Assembly (NCBI GenBank): GCA_019058295.1 | Contig: JAHPZI010000021.1 | Span: forward strand, 96,001 to 160,000 | DNA from: Promethearchaeota archaeon | Lineage (GTDB): Archaea > Asgardarchaeota > Lokiarchaeia > Sigyniarchaeales > SOKP01 | Length of the DNA: 64,000 bases | Reading direction: 5' to 3' | In this document: piece after piece, positions 9,142-20,385 of the stretch | How the letters are laid out: each line of letters begins with the position of its first letter | Position numbering within the stretch: position 1 is the first letter of the stretch | Program-made: the position numbers and the translations under genes | The notes under the pieces: generated by a model | The model's database searches: none | What the model saw: only the letters and a program-made list of their open reading frames with translations | What the model was told of the DNA's origin: nothing

Positions 9142-10809
9142 CTATTCAGCTTTTGGAATAGAATGTCTCAGCACCTTGCCATTTAAAGCTCCCGTGTGCT
9201 TGCCGTGATCGCATGTGATTTCCCCATTAACAATCACATACTCAATTCCTTCGGGAAATTGATTTCCATTTTCAATTGTACCCATTTCTTTAATGAGTTT
9301 ATAGTTAAATATGACAAGATCTGCTTTATATCCTTCCTTAATTACGCCTCTATCTTTGATTTGGAGAATCGACGCTGGGAGAGAAGTCATCTTTCTTATG
9401 GCTTCTTCCAATGATATAATTTTCATTTCTCGCACCCATCTCGAAATAACTCTGGGAAAGGCACCATAAGCACGAGGATGACTATTTCCACCTATATTTA
9501 GATTAGCATCTGAGCTCGCGCAAGAAAATGGTTGTTTATAAAAAGGAATTACGCTCTTTTCCTCGTCTTTCATCATATGGATTATTAATACTCCTCCTTC
9601 TTCGTCTCGCATAAAATCCAACATAGAATCTTCCAATTTTTTCCCAGGGTAAAGTTTTGTGAGCGTTTCATGCATGGTTTTTCCGAGAAACTGGCGATTA
9701 TTATTAACGTGAAGAAGTTTTACGCTTTTTGCGATTTTAGGATAGGCGAGTCGTTTCAACAAAAATTTAGGGATTAATCGGACAATAAAAGGGGCATCAG
9801 CTAAAAAGGCAGACGATAATCTCTCCCATACTTCCTTTTTAATTTGGTTTCTGGTTTTGGGATTGGACAAATTTTCTATGAAGTTTTCGAATACCCATGT
9901 ATTTAATAATACAAACGGAAGACTGGTAACGCCATCATCATAGGGTACTACATCAGCAGTAATCTCTATTCCTCCGTCTCGTGTATCTTCTAATAATTGA
10001 ATGGCTTCTTTAACTAATTCTTCGGTATTATATTGGCTTAAAGTCATCCAATGTGAAATATGAGCCCTAACATTAGCTTCTTGGGCTATACGAATGATTT
10101 CCTTCATTCCAATTTCAATGAACTTCGCACCATTATTTCTCAAATGAGAATTATAAATTCCATCATATTTACTTACTACCTTGGAAAGTTCGATAAATTC
10201 TTCAGTATCTGTAGTGGATCCTGGGGGATAATCTAAGCCAGTAGACAATCCAAATGCCCCAAATTCCATCCCTTCTCTGACTATCTGCTTCATTTGTGAC
10301 AGTTCTTCTTGGGTTGCTTGGCGCATGTCTGCTCCCATTACGCAAGTTCTTATATTTATATGGGGGACCATAAAGGCCAAATTGAGAGAAACCCCCATCT
10401 CCTCTAAAGCTCTCCTCATTTCCTGAAAGTCCCTGTAGATCGTAGGAGACACTCCCATTGCTATCGAAATAAACTCTTTATAAAATTTAATGAGGAAATC
10501 ATTGGCAGGGGCAATTCCTAGACCACACACGCTAACTAATAAAGTTGTCATTCCTTGCATAACAAAAGATTCTGCTTTGTTCGCATCGACAATATTTAAA
10601 TCAGCGTGGTTATGGATGTCTATAAATCCCGGGGACACAATTGTATTCGAGGCATCAATAAGTTTCGCGTTATCTGCAGTGAGATCAGAGCCAATTTTAA
10701 CGATTTTATCCCCTTTAACAAGAACATCTGCTTTATATTTTGGTGTTCCTGTTCCATCAACTATAAGTCCATTTTTTATTAGAATATTCATTTTCAAACA
10801 AAATAACAT
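9142..10809 (-). CDS. N-acyl-D-amino acid deacylase (D-aminoacylase family amidohydrolase)
   Basis: PGFIDIHNHAD, GLSTGLDYPPG, SHLR, HPRAYGAFPR; start probably the second Met (MNILIKNG). Confidence 0.9.
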   Translation of the reverse strand: MLFCLKMNILIKNGLIVDGTGTPKYKADVLVKGDKIVKIGSDLTADNAKLIDASNTIVSPGFIDIHNHADLNIVDANKAESFVMQGMTTLLVSVCGLGIAPANDFLIKFYKEFISIAMGVSPTIYRDFQEMRRALEEMGVSLNLAFMVPHINIRTCVMGADMRQATQEELSQMKQIVREGMEFGAFGLSTGLDYPPGSTTDTEEFIELSKVVSKYDGIYNSHLRNNGAKFIEIGMKEIIRIAQEANVRAHISHWMTLSQYNTEELVKEAIQLLEDTRDGGIEITADVVPYDDGVTSLPFVLLNTWVFENFIENLSNPKTRNQIKKEVWERLSSAFLADAPFIVRLIPKFLLKRLAYPKIAKSVKLLHVNNNRQFLGKTMHETLTKLYPGKKLEDSMLDFMRDEEGGVLIIHMMKDEEKSVIPFYKQPFSCASSDANLNIGGNSHPRAYGAFPRVISRWVREMKIISLEEAIRKMTSLPASILQIKDRGVIKEGYKADLVIFNYKLIKEMGTIENGNQFPEGIEYVIVNGEITCDHGKHTGALNGKVLRHSIPKAE

Positions 10810-10851
10810 TGATTTTATAACATAAAAATCTTTTACCTTTCAGAGATATAA

Positions 10852-10890
10852 ATAAAAATGAATCCCCAAGGAATGTAGATACTAAAGAGT
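10852..10890 (+). repeat. trpG/pabA 3'-end relic (short copy)
   Basis: ataaaaatgaatccccaaggaatgtagatactaaagagt = IKMNPQGM*ILKS versus [13 protein letters not shown] and LKMKPYGLQILKK. Confidence 0.65.
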
Positions 10891-10956
10891 ATAAAAAAAA
10901 TTTGAGTTTATTAACAAAAAATAAAGTTATATAGAGAAGCGTTTTTAAATATAAAT

Positions 10957-12030
10957 ATGCCGGTATTAAATAAACGATTATTAAGACCAGATGTAAAGAA
11001 ACTCCAGCAAAGGAGTCAAAAAATAATAACAAAAGGAGCACTCGAAATAGCGGAAAAGGAAGGGATTGACATTATTAATATGCTCCTTATTATTTCAGAG
11101 GGAAATAAACGATTCTACCAAATACTCGAATCTGGAGAAGGTAAAATAGAAGATCTTTATGATCTTATAAACAGAGACCAAATGAAACAGTTAGCAAAAG
11201 TTTTTCGAGGTGCTATGGAATATAAGGGGAAGATTCTTCAGGAACAGCATCCATTATCTCCAGATGTAAAAATTGAAAGGGTTGATGCTGGGGGAGTACC
11301 CGCAGAATGGGAAATCTCTGAGGGTGTTGATGAGGATAAAGTTCTATTATTTTTCCATGGGGGAGGACATGTACTAGGATCTCCAGCTTCTAGTCGTCCT
11401 TATTCCGTTGAGATTGGAAAAGCTGCAAATATAAAAGTATTAAGTGTGGATTATGCTCTTGCTCCAGAACATCCATTCCCTGAGGGGCCAAATGATTGCT
11501 TAACATCTTATAAATGGCTTCTTTCCCAAGGTTTTAAACCAGAAAATATAATTGTTGGTGGAGCTTCAGCAGGTGGAAATATGACTCTCGTAACACTTCT
11601 TAAAATTAAAGAGGAGGGTATAACAATGCCTAGAGGTGCAATAGTTCTATCTCCTGGTATTGATTATACTACAAACAGTAAAACCATACTAGAGAATGCC
11701 CCTACAGATTGTGTAATGGCAGATGTAGGCGTTTTTTGGTGGATTCCCGCATATCTTGATGGAGCTAATCCTAATGATCCACTTGTATGTCCAATATTTG
11801 CTGATTTTACCGGATTTCCTCCAATTTTAGTACAAGTAAGCACAAGTGAGATGGTTTATGATCATTCAACTAGATTAGTGGAATTCTCTAAAGCAGCAGG
11901 TGTTGATGCCACGTTACAAGAATGGGATGATATGCCTCATGTCTGGCAAAACTATGGTCTTTATGATCTTCCTGAAGCAAAAGAAGCTATAGAGAAAATT
12001 GGGCAATTTGTAAAGGGACTATTTGGTTAA
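10957..12030 (+). CDS. Alpha/beta hydrolase, HSL-family esterase/lipase
   Basis: HGGG oxyanion motif, DYALAPEHPFP, GASAGG nucleophile, MPHVW. Confidence 0.92.
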   Translation: MPVLNKRLLRPDVKKLQQRSQKIITKGALEIAEKEGIDIINMLLIISEGNKRFYQILESGEGKIEDLYDLINRDQMKQLAKVFRGAMEYKGKILQEQHPLSPDVKIERVDAGGVPAEWEISEGVDEDKVLLFFHGGGHVLGSPASSRPYSVEIGKAANIKVLSVDYALAPEHPFPEGPNDCLTSYKWLLSQGFKPENIIVGGASAGGNMTLVTLLKIKEEGITMPRGAIVLSPGIDYTTNSKTILENAPTDCVMADVGVFWWIPAYLDGANPNDPLVCPIFADFTGFPPILVQVSTSEMVYDHSTRLVEFSKAAGVDATLQEWDDMPHVWQNYGLYDLPEAKEAIEKIGQFVKGLFG

Positions 12031-12083
12031 GTATGAAGTATTTAATTCCCTTTATTAGAATGATATGATTTGAGTAAATAAAG

Positions 12084-13325
12084 CTAATTTTTTTCATTAT
12101 ATTCATGAACTGCTTCGAGAGCTGCTACAATATTTTCAGGTGGGACATCTGGTAAAATATTATGAATAGTATTCCATACATAACCTCCTCCAGGAGCAAA
12201 TATCTCAAGTAGATTTGTTACATGTTCTTTAACTTCTGGGGGTGATTTAACATTTAAGACATGACGTGTATCTACTCCGCCTCCCCAGAAAGTAATGTCA
12301 TCCCCAAATTCCTGCTTTAAGAATTTTGGATCCATACCTTTAACGTTTATTTGGACGGGATTTAAAATATCAATCCCAATTTCGATCAAATCAGGAATTA
12401 TTGGAGCAATTGCTCCGCAAGAATGGAAGAATATCTTCCAATTCGAATGTTTTTTTACATAATCGCAAGCAGCTTCAAGCCGAGGTTTAAATAATTTCTT
12501 AAAAATTCTTGGACTAAAAAGAGGCCCATGGTTTTCCCCGTAATCGTCCCCAAACACAATTATATCTACTGTATCTCCAAGATACTTGCAACTCAGAGAG
12601 AGCGAAGCAAGCTGAAATTCCATTAAAATATCTAAAAATTTGTCAACTTTATTGGTATACCTTATTATATCTACTAGAACTTTATCCATCTTCTTTAATA
12701 CCGTCATAAATTGAAAAAAACTTATACCACCATTCAACATTAATGCTCTTTCACTATTATTCTTTAATTCAATAGATCTTCTCTTTAAATTACGCCAGAA
12801 TCCTCTTTCTCCCAAATGGTTGAAGGGTGGAGGGATCATAGATATTGCATTTTTCATTAGAAGGGATAATAATAATTGAGAATTATTAGGATAATCATCT
12901 TCAATTGGATAATAAACTTGGTCAATTACCAACGCAGCTGCTGACATACTTGCTACAACTTTACCATCATGACGACATACATCCACAGACCCATCAGAAT
13001 TAAACCGCGGTTTAAATGTTCTGGGAAACTGCGCTTGAATTCCATTAACTTCTACATCATACCATTCCTCATCCGAATCTGTGAATACCCTTCCGACATC
13101 CAAGCAATCCGCTTTAAAGTAGTCTAACATCTCATCCTCGATTTCTGCAAGCTGTTGACCAACATCATGAATGCGCGTATGACCTCCTTTTATACCTAAA
13201 TGTTCTTTTAGCTTGGTATAGGCAATAGCATGTATGCCTGTCTGCAAAGTAGCTCCAATATCTATAGGGACTCTATCCGGTTCTTTATGGTTAATAGCCG
13301 CAAGAATACGCTCTCTACTATTCAT
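12084..13325 (-). CDS. Uroporphyrinogen decarboxylase / MtaA-CmuA family protein
   Basis: MNSRERILAAINHKEPDRVPID, GDDYG, FFHSCG, LNPVQ, HNILPDVPPENI. Confidence 0.88.
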   Translation of the reverse strand: MNSRERILAAINHKEPDRVPIDIGATLQTGIHAIAYTKLKEHLGIKGGHTRIHDVGQQLAEIEDEMLDYFKADCLDVGRVFTDSDEEWYDVEVNGIQAQFPRTFKPRFNSDGSVDVCRHDGKVVASMSAAALVIDQVYYPIEDDYPNNSQLLLSLLMKNAISMIPPPFNHLGERGFWRNLKRRSIELKNNSERALMLNGGISFFQFMTVLKKMDKVLVDIIRYTNKVDKFLDILMEFQLASLSLSCKYLGDTVDIIVFGDDYGENHGPLFSPRIFKKLFKPRLEAACDYVKKHSNWKIFFHSCGAIAPIIPDLIEIGIDILNPVQINVKGMDPKFLKQEFGDDITFWGGGVDTRHVLNVKSPPEVKEHVTNLLEIFAPGGGYVWNTIHNILPDVPPENIVAALEAVHEYNEKN

Positions 13326-13580
13326 TTTATTTTCATCTCTAATAGATATTTTTATATTTTTATTTTTTCATTAAAAACGCTTGCACACGAGTTTAAAATT
13401 TGAGATTCTTAATATTATTATTGTTTACAATAATCATATTAAAGAAAGAAGGTTATTTAAAATAATATTTGATTGGCATCGTAAAACAACTGCCTAAATT
13501 AATTTTTTATAATACATATCTTTCTAATAGTCATAGATATTGGAAAGATTTTATGTTTTTCAAGATTTATATTATTAACT

Positions 13581-14711
13581 ATGAGTAATTTTTCTGAAAG
13601 GATCCTTCGTACATTTGAACACAAACCCATCGATCGAATTGTATGGCAACCTCGAATAATGTATTGGTATTTTAGTAATCAAGTTCATAGGCTTACACCG
13701 GAAAAATACCAGAGCGTTGAACAATTTGTACCTAAAGAATATATAGGAAAAAGCATTAAGGAAGTATACAAAGATATAAATGCGTCTATTCGATATCCGG
13801 AGGAAACTTTCGGATTTGTAATATTTAACGAGGTTAAGAAAGCTAATCATCAAATCAGAATAAAAAGGATTAGATCAAAAGATAAGAAACATGTTATGAA
13901 AACCATAACACCCGTTGGTGAAGTGAGTCAGATAATTAAAGAAGAGCGGATTCTTGAGTTTCCTGTCAAAAGAATTGAGGATCTTAAAGTTATCAAGTAT
14001 ATAGAGGAACAAACTGATCTTGTGTTCAATGAATTCATGTACGAAAAAGCTAAAAAGGAAATGCAGGATTTTGGTATTCCAACTAGCTATTATTTCCGGT
14101 CCCCGTATATGAAATGCGTTCTTTCGTATTTAGGACTCGAACGAACAATCATTTATTTACGGAGGTACAAGTCAGAAATGGAAGATTTCTTACATTATCT
14201 CGAGGATATTGATCTTGGCAAATATAAGAGAGTCATAACAAAATGTCCCTTAAAGCTATTAAACTTTGGCGAGAATATAGACCACCATCTTTCCTCCCCG
14301 CCATATTTTGAAAAATATCTTTTAGAATATTACGAAACGAGGGTTAAACTGCTCCACAATGTAAATAAATTCGCATTTATTCATATTGATGGGTCTTTTA
14401 AGCATCTTTTACCATACCTTCCTTCAATGTCTTTCGATGGCTACGAGGCACTGACACCACCTCCTCAGGGAGATGTCCCCATAGAATCCATAGCTAAATC
14501 AATAGGAGATTCCGGAAAAATTGTACTTGATGTAATTCCAGCAACGCTTTTCTTGCGAAATTTCAAAGAATTAAAATTAATTGAGAAAACCAAGAAAATT
14601 CTCGAACTTTTCTCGCCCAACTTAATATTAGGAATAAGCGACGAATTATGCCACGGAGATGGGAGAAGATTGAAGACTGTTTCGAGAATTGTTGGTAAGT
14701 TTGAACCCTAA
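13581..14711 (+). CDS. URO-D family (methyltransferase-like) protein
   Basis: DRIVWQPR, NFGENID, IHIDG, EALTPPPQGD, LILGISDE. Confidence 0.75.
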   Translation: MSNFSERILRTFEHKPIDRIVWQPRIMYWYFSNQVHRLTPEKYQSVEQFVPKEYIGKSIKEVYKDINASIRYPEETFGFVIFNEVKKANHQIRIKRIRSKDKKHVMKTITPVGEVSQIIKEERILEFPVKRIEDLKVIKYIEEQTDLVFNEFMYEKAKKEMQDFGIPTSYYFRSPYMKCVLSYLGLERTIIYLRRYKSEMEDFLHYLEDIDLGKYKRVITKCPLKLLNFGENIDHHLSSPPYFEKYLLEYYETRVKLLHNVNKFAFIHIDGSFKHLLPYLPSMSFDGYEALTPPPQGDVPIESIAKSIGDSGKIVLDVIPATLFLRNFKELKLIEKTKKILELFSPNLILGISDELCHGDGRRLKTVSRIVGKFEP

Positions 14712-14764
14712 TAGTAATTATTGCGTTCAATAAGTTTTTTATTATTTAATTTTTTTTCTCAGTC

Positions 14765-15637
14765 ATGAGTGAATTTTTTAATAAATATAAAGGAACGATC
14801 ATAGGAATTGTTTTTATCACTGCGGGGATGCTTTTTTTCCTTATCATAGAAATTTTTCAGATTTGGACTAGACCCCGAAGCGCAGGCCCTACTGGTTTCT
14901 GCGAATATTATGATCCGAATCTGCTAATAGGAGAACCTATGAATGCATGGTCCAACTTTTATTTTATTGGAGCAGGAATGATCATTCTTATTTATTACGA
15001 CCTCCTCCGCATGGAAAAACTAAATAGAAGAGAAGTTTATATACATAGAGATGAAAATATGCATTATATTGTTACTTATGGCTTGTTAACAATATGGGTT
15101 GGAATAGCTAGCTTTTACATGCACGCCAGTTATGCGTGGACTCCATGGTTCTCCGCGGGCTTCTTAGACGTACTTTCCATGAATATGTACATGAGTGGAT
15201 TGTTAATAATGTCCTTGGCGATTCTTTTTGATATCAAAAAACGGAATCTATATATAATACTCCTTATAGATTTTATTTTAGTAGTAATTCTAATGAAAAT
15301 AGGTCTTCCTCTTATTAGTCTGGGAGGAGGAGGATTATTCGAATTGCTTTTAGTAATTGCTTTCATAAACGAGGTCTTGATTGGACTTGGAATATACTCA
15401 AGGGTTTTTAAGTATAAAGGGGCAAGACAAATTAAAAGAAATATTCTCATATTAGCTATCGCGGGAATTACATTCGGTGTATCATATTGGCTCTGGCATT
15501 TTGGTAAAAGAAACGCACCAACATGTGATCCTCACTCTTGGTGGCAGTGGCATGCAGTTTGGCATTTTCTTAATGCATGTGCTATGTTAATGATTGGTTT
15601 ATATATTCAGTCTGAAAGAGAAATAGAAATTAGCTAG
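14765..15637 (+). CDS. CREST-superfamily (alkaline ceramidase-like) 7TM hydrolase
   Basis: FCE, EPMNAWSN, S-x3-H (SFYMH), D, H-x3-H (HAVWH) motifs. Confidence 0.8.
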   Translation: MSEFFNKYKGTIIGIVFITAGMLFFLIIEIFQIWTRPRSAGPTGFCEYYDPNLLIGEPMNAWSNFYFIGAGMIILIYYDLLRMEKLNRREVYIHRDENMHYIVTYGLLTIWVGIASFYMHASYAWTPWFSAGFLDVLSMNMYMSGLLIMSLAILFDIKKRNLYIILLIDFILVVILMKIGLPLISLGGGGLFELLLVIAFINEVLIGLGIYSRVFKYKGARQIKRNILILAIAGITFGVSYWLWHFGKRNAPTCDPHSWWQWHAVWHFLNACAMLMIGLYIQSEREIEIS

Positions 15638-15690
15638 TCTATCTTACTCATCTTATTTATTATTCCAAAAATTTTTTGACTAAGATTAAT

Positions 15691-16734
15691 TCATTTTGTA
15701 ATATCTCTAATGAAGTCAACTTCTTTTTGAATATATGGTGTTCCATCGGGATGAAATATATCATGAAACCATACTTCTGGTTCAGGATCTCCTTCCTTTG
15801 ACAACCATGGATAAATTGTTTGAGTTTTTCCTGCAACAAGCCCCCAATTAATACATCCCACATTTGCCTCTTTAAAAACCGGGAGATGAGTCTCAAAAAG
15901 ACTTGTTGGTCTAGCCATGTATTCAGTGCAAATTATTGGTCGACCGTGTTTTTTCAATTTGGATATTTGCCTTTTCAAGGATCTGAAGTTGGAATAATTA
16001 TGGAATGAAATAAAATCAGAAAGTGTTGACTGAATCCTATTAAACTCCTCAAATATTTTTACAGATACTTTTCTTTGATTCCAGATCCCAACGGTTAAAG
16101 GCTGTGATGGGTTTATTTCACGGGCCCACCGATACGTCTCGATCAATAATGGTAATGATTTTTCAAGCATTCGTTCATTACCTGGTTCATTATAGAGATC
16201 CCATCCTAAAATACGATTATCTTGAGAAAATTCTGTAAGAATTTCTTGCACGTATTGTTTTAACATTGGCCAGACGGATTTATCAACAACTCGCTTATTT
16301 CCAGGACTTGCAGCCCAACCAGAATTATGTATTCCTGGAATTGGTTCTGGTTGTTTACCTATTTTTGGATCTTGTACCCAACAATCATCAAAAAAAACAA
16401 AAAGAACTTTCATTTGATGTTTTTCACATATTTCAAGAAGTTCTTTAATCCGTTTTTTTAATCCTGAGGCATCTTGCTCCCATAATAAGTAATGCAAATA
16501 GATTCTTAATATATTAAAACCAATTGATCGTGCCCAACCAAGCTCTTTATCAATCTGATCACTATCAAAAGTATCGGCTTGAAACATTTCAAGCTGATTG
16601 ATAGCATTACTGGGAATAAAATTACATCCTACAAGCCAAGGGTGTTGCGCATACCATTCATTGGCTTTTTCTTTCGACCATGTTAATTTTTCTAAATCTG
16701 AATTATCAGTGTTCATTTTGCATGCGCCAACCAC
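15691..16734 (-). CDS. Glycoside hydrolase, GH5 / clan GH-A
   Basis: WDLYNEP acid/base, ICTEYMAR nucleophile, SFHNY. Confidence 0.85.
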   Translation of the reverse strand: MVGACKMNTDNSDLEKLTWSKEKANEWYAQHPWLVGCNFIPSNAINQLEMFQADTFDSDQIDKELGWARSIGFNILRIYLHYLLWEQDASGLKKRIKELLEICEKHQMKVLFVFFDDCWVQDPKIGKQPEPIPGIHNSGWAASPGNKRVVDKSVWPMLKQYVQEILTEFSQDNRILGWDLYNEPGNERMLEKSLPLLIETYRWAREINPSQPLTVGIWNQRKVSVKIFEEFNRIQSTLSDFISFHNYSNFRSLKRQISKLKKHGRPIICTEYMARPTSLFETHLPVFKEANVGCINWGLVAGKTQTIYPWLSKEGDPEPEVWFHDIFHPDGTPYIQKEVDFIRDITK

Positions 16735-16739
16735 TAGTA

Positions 16740-18110
16740 TTATTTTTTAGCATCTATTTCTTTCCGTCTAGTTTTCATTAATTCTCTACATTCGATTGCT
16801 TCTTTGGAGTAATTTAAATATGGGATTATCAAAATAAAACTGCTACAAATGTAAATTATTAAAAGTAATATAATCGCCATTGATAAATTTGATAATGAGT
16901 CTTGAAGCATAACAGCCACCATAAGATGTCCTATGATCCCTCCGATATTATTCATTATTAACCCTATTGAATTTATAGTGCTTCTTTCCTCAGGAGTACA
17001 TACTTCAGAGTATATAGCACCGTAATTTCCCACGGCAAACGCCCCAATTAAGTAAGAGAAAAATCCTATAATTAATAGTAAGGTCCAAGATATTATAAAG
17101 AGAATTAAGGTTGATTTATTAAACGGGATCATGTAAAAAATGAATAAGGTAAAAGACCCACCCATAACAGAAATTATCACTAATGCAACTCGTCTTCGGG
17201 GTTTTCCAGATTTATATAATTTATCCCCGATTTTTCCTCCAATTAAATTTCCAAATAAGTTCCCAAACCCAGTTAAGATAATTAATAGCGTAGAATAAAA
17301 CATAGCCACTTCCCTATTACCTCCAAATTTTATAGAAAAATAATATAATGTCCATAATCCAAGGGGAATTATACAAATAGATGAAATTAAACCGAATATT
17401 AAAATACCAGCAACGGTTCGTTTTTTAAATAATCTCTTAAATTTTTCAAATGTTATCTTATAGTCATATTCAATATTGCCCTCAAAATCGTGGAATTCTG
17501 GTTCAACTCGCCCCCTCTCGGGTTCAATTCCGAAATGATAATAATTAATTATATTCAAAAATCCTAAGAAAGCAATCAAAACGTATGTAATTCTCCATCC
17601 AAGAGGTCCTAAAAAAGAGTTGAATATGGCGCCAAAAAGAATTCCCCCTCCAGCTCCGAGAATATTCCAAAAACTCATTACTCCATATTTATTTCCTCTC
17701 TCTTCTGGAGGATATAATTCTGCTACCATTGTAACTGCTAATGGAGTAAATGCTCCTCCAGCAAATGAAGATATAGCTAAGCAAATAGAATAAAAAATAA
17801 AGTGTTGCGCGAAAGCAGCTAATCCGAGAGAGGTAAATAAAATAGCTTCTGAAACAATCAAAACATTTTTCTTAGCATTTTTCTTGGTCAATTTTTCGCT
17901 TAAAAAACCGAAAAAAATTGTGCTAATTAAAAGCATAGCAGTAGTTATCGCTACTAAAATACTTAGCAAAAAAGGTGTGGTTCCTGAAATGTTTTCGATG
18001 ATATAAATGATACTTACTGCAAGGATTGCTCCCCCCCAATAATGTGCTGAAGTAAATTGGCACATAATTAGAAAAGTTCTATCTATTTCTTTCTGTTGGT
18101 GGTCATTCAT
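16740..18110 (-). CDS. MFS transporter
   Basis: About 12 TM segments, ELYPPEERG, GWR motifs. Confidence 0.88.
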   Translation of the reverse strand: MNDHQQKEIDRTFLIMCQFTSAHYWGGAILAVSIIYIIENISGTTPFLLSILVAITTAMLLISTIFFGFLSEKLTKKNAKKNVLIVSEAILFTSLGLAAFAQHFIFYSICLAISSFAGGAFTPLAVTMVAELYPPEERGNKYGVMSFWNILGAGGGILFGAIFNSFLGPLGWRITYVLIAFLGFLNIINYYHFGIEPERGRVEPEFHDFEGNIEYDYKITFEKFKRLFKKRTVAGILIFGLISSICIIPLGLWTLYYFSIKFGGNREVAMFYSTLLIILTGFGNLFGNLIGGKIGDKLYKSGKPRRRVALVIISVMGGSFTLFIFYMIPFNKSTLILFIISWTLLLIIGFFSYLIGAFAVGNYGAIYSEVCTPEERSTINSIGLIMNNIGGIIGHLMVAVMLQDSLSNLSMAIILLLIIYICSSFILIIPYLNYSKEAIECRELMKTRRKEIDAKK

Positions 18111-18214
18111 AATATGAAAAAAACGATAATGATATCAATAATTTATTTTGAATTCTTACTATTGCAAATAGACTTATTAATATAAAATATTTTTTTTATT
18201 AGTAATTTTATAAT

Positions 18215-18264
18215 CAAATCCATCCCGAATCCCTCAAAATGAAGCCCTATGGAATGATAATATT
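18215..18264 (+). repeat. trpG/pabA 3'-end relic
   Basis: caaatccatcccgaatccctcaaaatgaagccctatggaatgataatatt = QIHPESLKMKPYGMII; nearly identical to copy 2. Confidence 0.9.
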
Positions 18265-18365
18265 AATTTCTTATCATCTGTTCAATATTTAAATTTTTAT
18301 CAAAAAACATTAATTTATTACTAATTTACAACAATTATAAGAATATTTTAAAATAAGCAATTACA

Positions 18366-19592
18366 ATGACTGAAAGTTCCGAAATTTCAAAAGAGAAATT
18401 AGATAAACGGATTCTTATAATTTTTTTAATAATTTTTACAGAAGTTTTAGGCTTTAGCATGGTGGCTCCAGTAATCCCATTTTTAGCGTTATCTCTTGGA
18501 TTGAATGTATTGCAGATTGGGTTGATTTTGAGTATTTTTAGTTTATGTCAGTTTTTTGCCAGCCCCGTGACAGGCAAATTAAGCGATCGTTATGGAAGAA
18601 AACCACTTTTAATAATTAGTCAGATTAGCACATTGATTGGTTTTATATTATTAGGTTTAGCAAATAGCGTTTGGATTTTAATTTCGGCTCGTTTGGTTGA
18701 TGGGCTTTTAGGCAGCAATATGACGGTTAGTCAAGCTTATATTAGTGATGTAACTGAGCCAAAAAATAGAACTAAAGTATATGGATATTCCAGTGCTGTT
18801 TTTGGTGCAGGATTAATCTTCGGACCATTAATAGGAGGAATACTTTCAACTATAAGTTATTCTACTCCGATGTTTTTTGCTGCTGTGGTAAGCTTAGTCT
18901 CAATTTTATTAATTGTTATTTTTCTCCCAGAATCTTTAACTGTAAAAGAAGAAAAGGTTAAAATTACATTTAATGATATTTTTCCTATTGATGATGCTAA
19001 AAGGTTTTTTAAAGACTCGAAAATTAGAAAAATACTCATTATTTTCTTTCTCTATAGTTTTGGATTTATGCTCTTTATTTCTACTTATGCTCTCTTCGCT
19101 GAAATGCAAATAAATGTCACGGCTCTTGAAGTGGGATTTTTTATGGCTTGGATCGGAATATTAAGAGTATTCTTTCAAACTGTTTTGATAAGGCCTCTTC
19201 AGAAGACATTTGGTGAGAATAAAATCTTAAAAATTGGAATAATTTCAATGATTACTGCCTTTACTCTTCTTTTTTTTACAACAACCTTTCTTTTTGCTTT
19301 TATACCTTTAGTTTTTATAGCTTTTGGGACTGGAATTTGCCGTCCTGTACTTACAAGCAAATTAGCAAATAGTGTTGAACGAGAAGAGACAGGAAGTCTT
19401 CTTGGTGTGAACAATGCACTTACGAGTATCGCAATGATAATTACACCAATACTAGGTGGAGTAATCTTATATTATTTAAGTTCTCAAACCTTACCCGTTA
19501 TTTCAGCATCATTTTTTGTAATTATATTTATTATATTGTTATTCAGCGTTTCGGAAAAAGATTCACTCCAAGAAGATATAACTGAAAATTAG
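18366..19592 (+). CDS. MFS drug:H+ antiporter (TetA/DHA1-like)
   Basis: GKLSDRYGRKP motif A, QAYISDVT, GLIFGPLIGG motif C. Confidence 0.9.
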   Translation: MTESSEISKEKLDKRILIIFLIIFTEVLGFSMVAPVIPFLALSLGLNVLQIGLILSIFSLCQFFASPVTGKLSDRYGRKPLLIISQISTLIGFILLGLANSVWILISARLVDGLLGSNMTVSQAYISDVTEPKNRTKVYGYSSAVFGAGLIFGPLIGGILSTISYSTPMFFAAVVSLVSILLIVIFLPESLTVKEEKVKITFNDIFPIDDAKRFFKDSKIRKILIIFFLYSFGFMLFISTYALFAEMQINVTALEVGFFMAWIGILRVFFQTVLIRPLQKTFGENKILKIGIISMITAFTLLFFTTTFLFAFIPLVFIAFGTGICRPVLTSKLANSVEREETGSLLGVNNALTSIAMIITPILGGVILYYLSSQTLPVISASFFVIIFIILLFSVSEKDSLQEDITEN

Positions 19593-19596
19593 ATAT

Positions 19597-19683
19597 ACTG
19601 CTGATGATCGAACAATTATGGCTGTTCGGCATAATTAATTCCGAGTAGAAGGACTTCAATTCCACCCCGAATTCATCTTAAAT
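19597..19683 (+). pseudogene. trpG/pabA 3'-end relic with internal stop
   Basis: TADDRTIMAVRHN*FRVEGLQFHPEFILN versus copy 1 [27 protein letters not shown]. Confidence 0.9.
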
Positions 19684-19751
19684 TATTTTTTCATAAACTT
19701 TTTAAAGGAGCAATGCTCCTTTATCCTAATTACTAATATAAAATATTTAAT

Positions 19752-20318
19752 ATGAAAAATATGAATGATTCAAAAATTAAATCAATACTTGAGAAATTAC
19801 CATTTAAAAAAGCAGTTTGGCTTGCACCTATAATTTATTTCTTTCATTTTCTTGAAGAAGCAGTATTCGGTTTTTACACTTTCTTTGGCGGAAATTTTAC
19901 TCTCATACAATTCATAATAGCGAATTCAATCATTATGTCTGTATATCTTATCTTACTTGTCTTATTCACTCTTCGTCCTAATCGTTTAAATGCATTTTTT
20001 GTTTTAACCTTAATCGCAGCAGCACAGTTTTTTAACGCATTTTACCATTTATTGTGGACAATTGTTTTTAGTAAATATTGTCCAGGCGTAGTTACAGGTC
20101 TTTTGATATATGTTCCTTTTTTTGGTCTATTTATGTGGATTGCATATCGAGATGAATATATCACAAAAAGGTCAGCAGTTCTTATTATATTATTAGGAGC
20201 AACACTCATGACTTTATTTGAGATACGAATTTTTCAATTACTAATACTTATTGTCTCAACATCTGTAGTAGTAGTAGCAAACATTATTGATTATTTCAAA
20301 ACTAAAACAAAGAGTTAA
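19752..20318 (+). CDS. HXXEE-domain membrane protein
   Basis: HFLEE, NAFYH and Y.PGVVTG motifs. Confidence 0.8.
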   Translation: MKNMNDSKIKSILEKLPFKKAVWLAPIIYFFHFLEEAVFGFYTFFGGNFTLIQFIIANSIIMSVYLILLVLFTLRPNRLNAFFVLTLIAAAQFFNAFYHLLWTIVFSKYCPGVVTGLLIYVPFFGLFMWIAYRDEYITKRSAVLIILLGATLMTLFEIRIFQLLILIVSTSVVVVANIIDYFKTKTKS

Positions 20319-20385
20319 AACTGTAGATTTAATGGTCATATATGAATTAACATATTAGAAAGTTTAAAATTACAAGCCTAATAAT

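Noticed and set aside
833-19683. trpG-like repeats as a CRISPR array or attC sites
   Set aside because: Spacing is irregular and kilobase-scale, lengths vary, there is no consistent palindrome, and the repeats translate to a protein motif.
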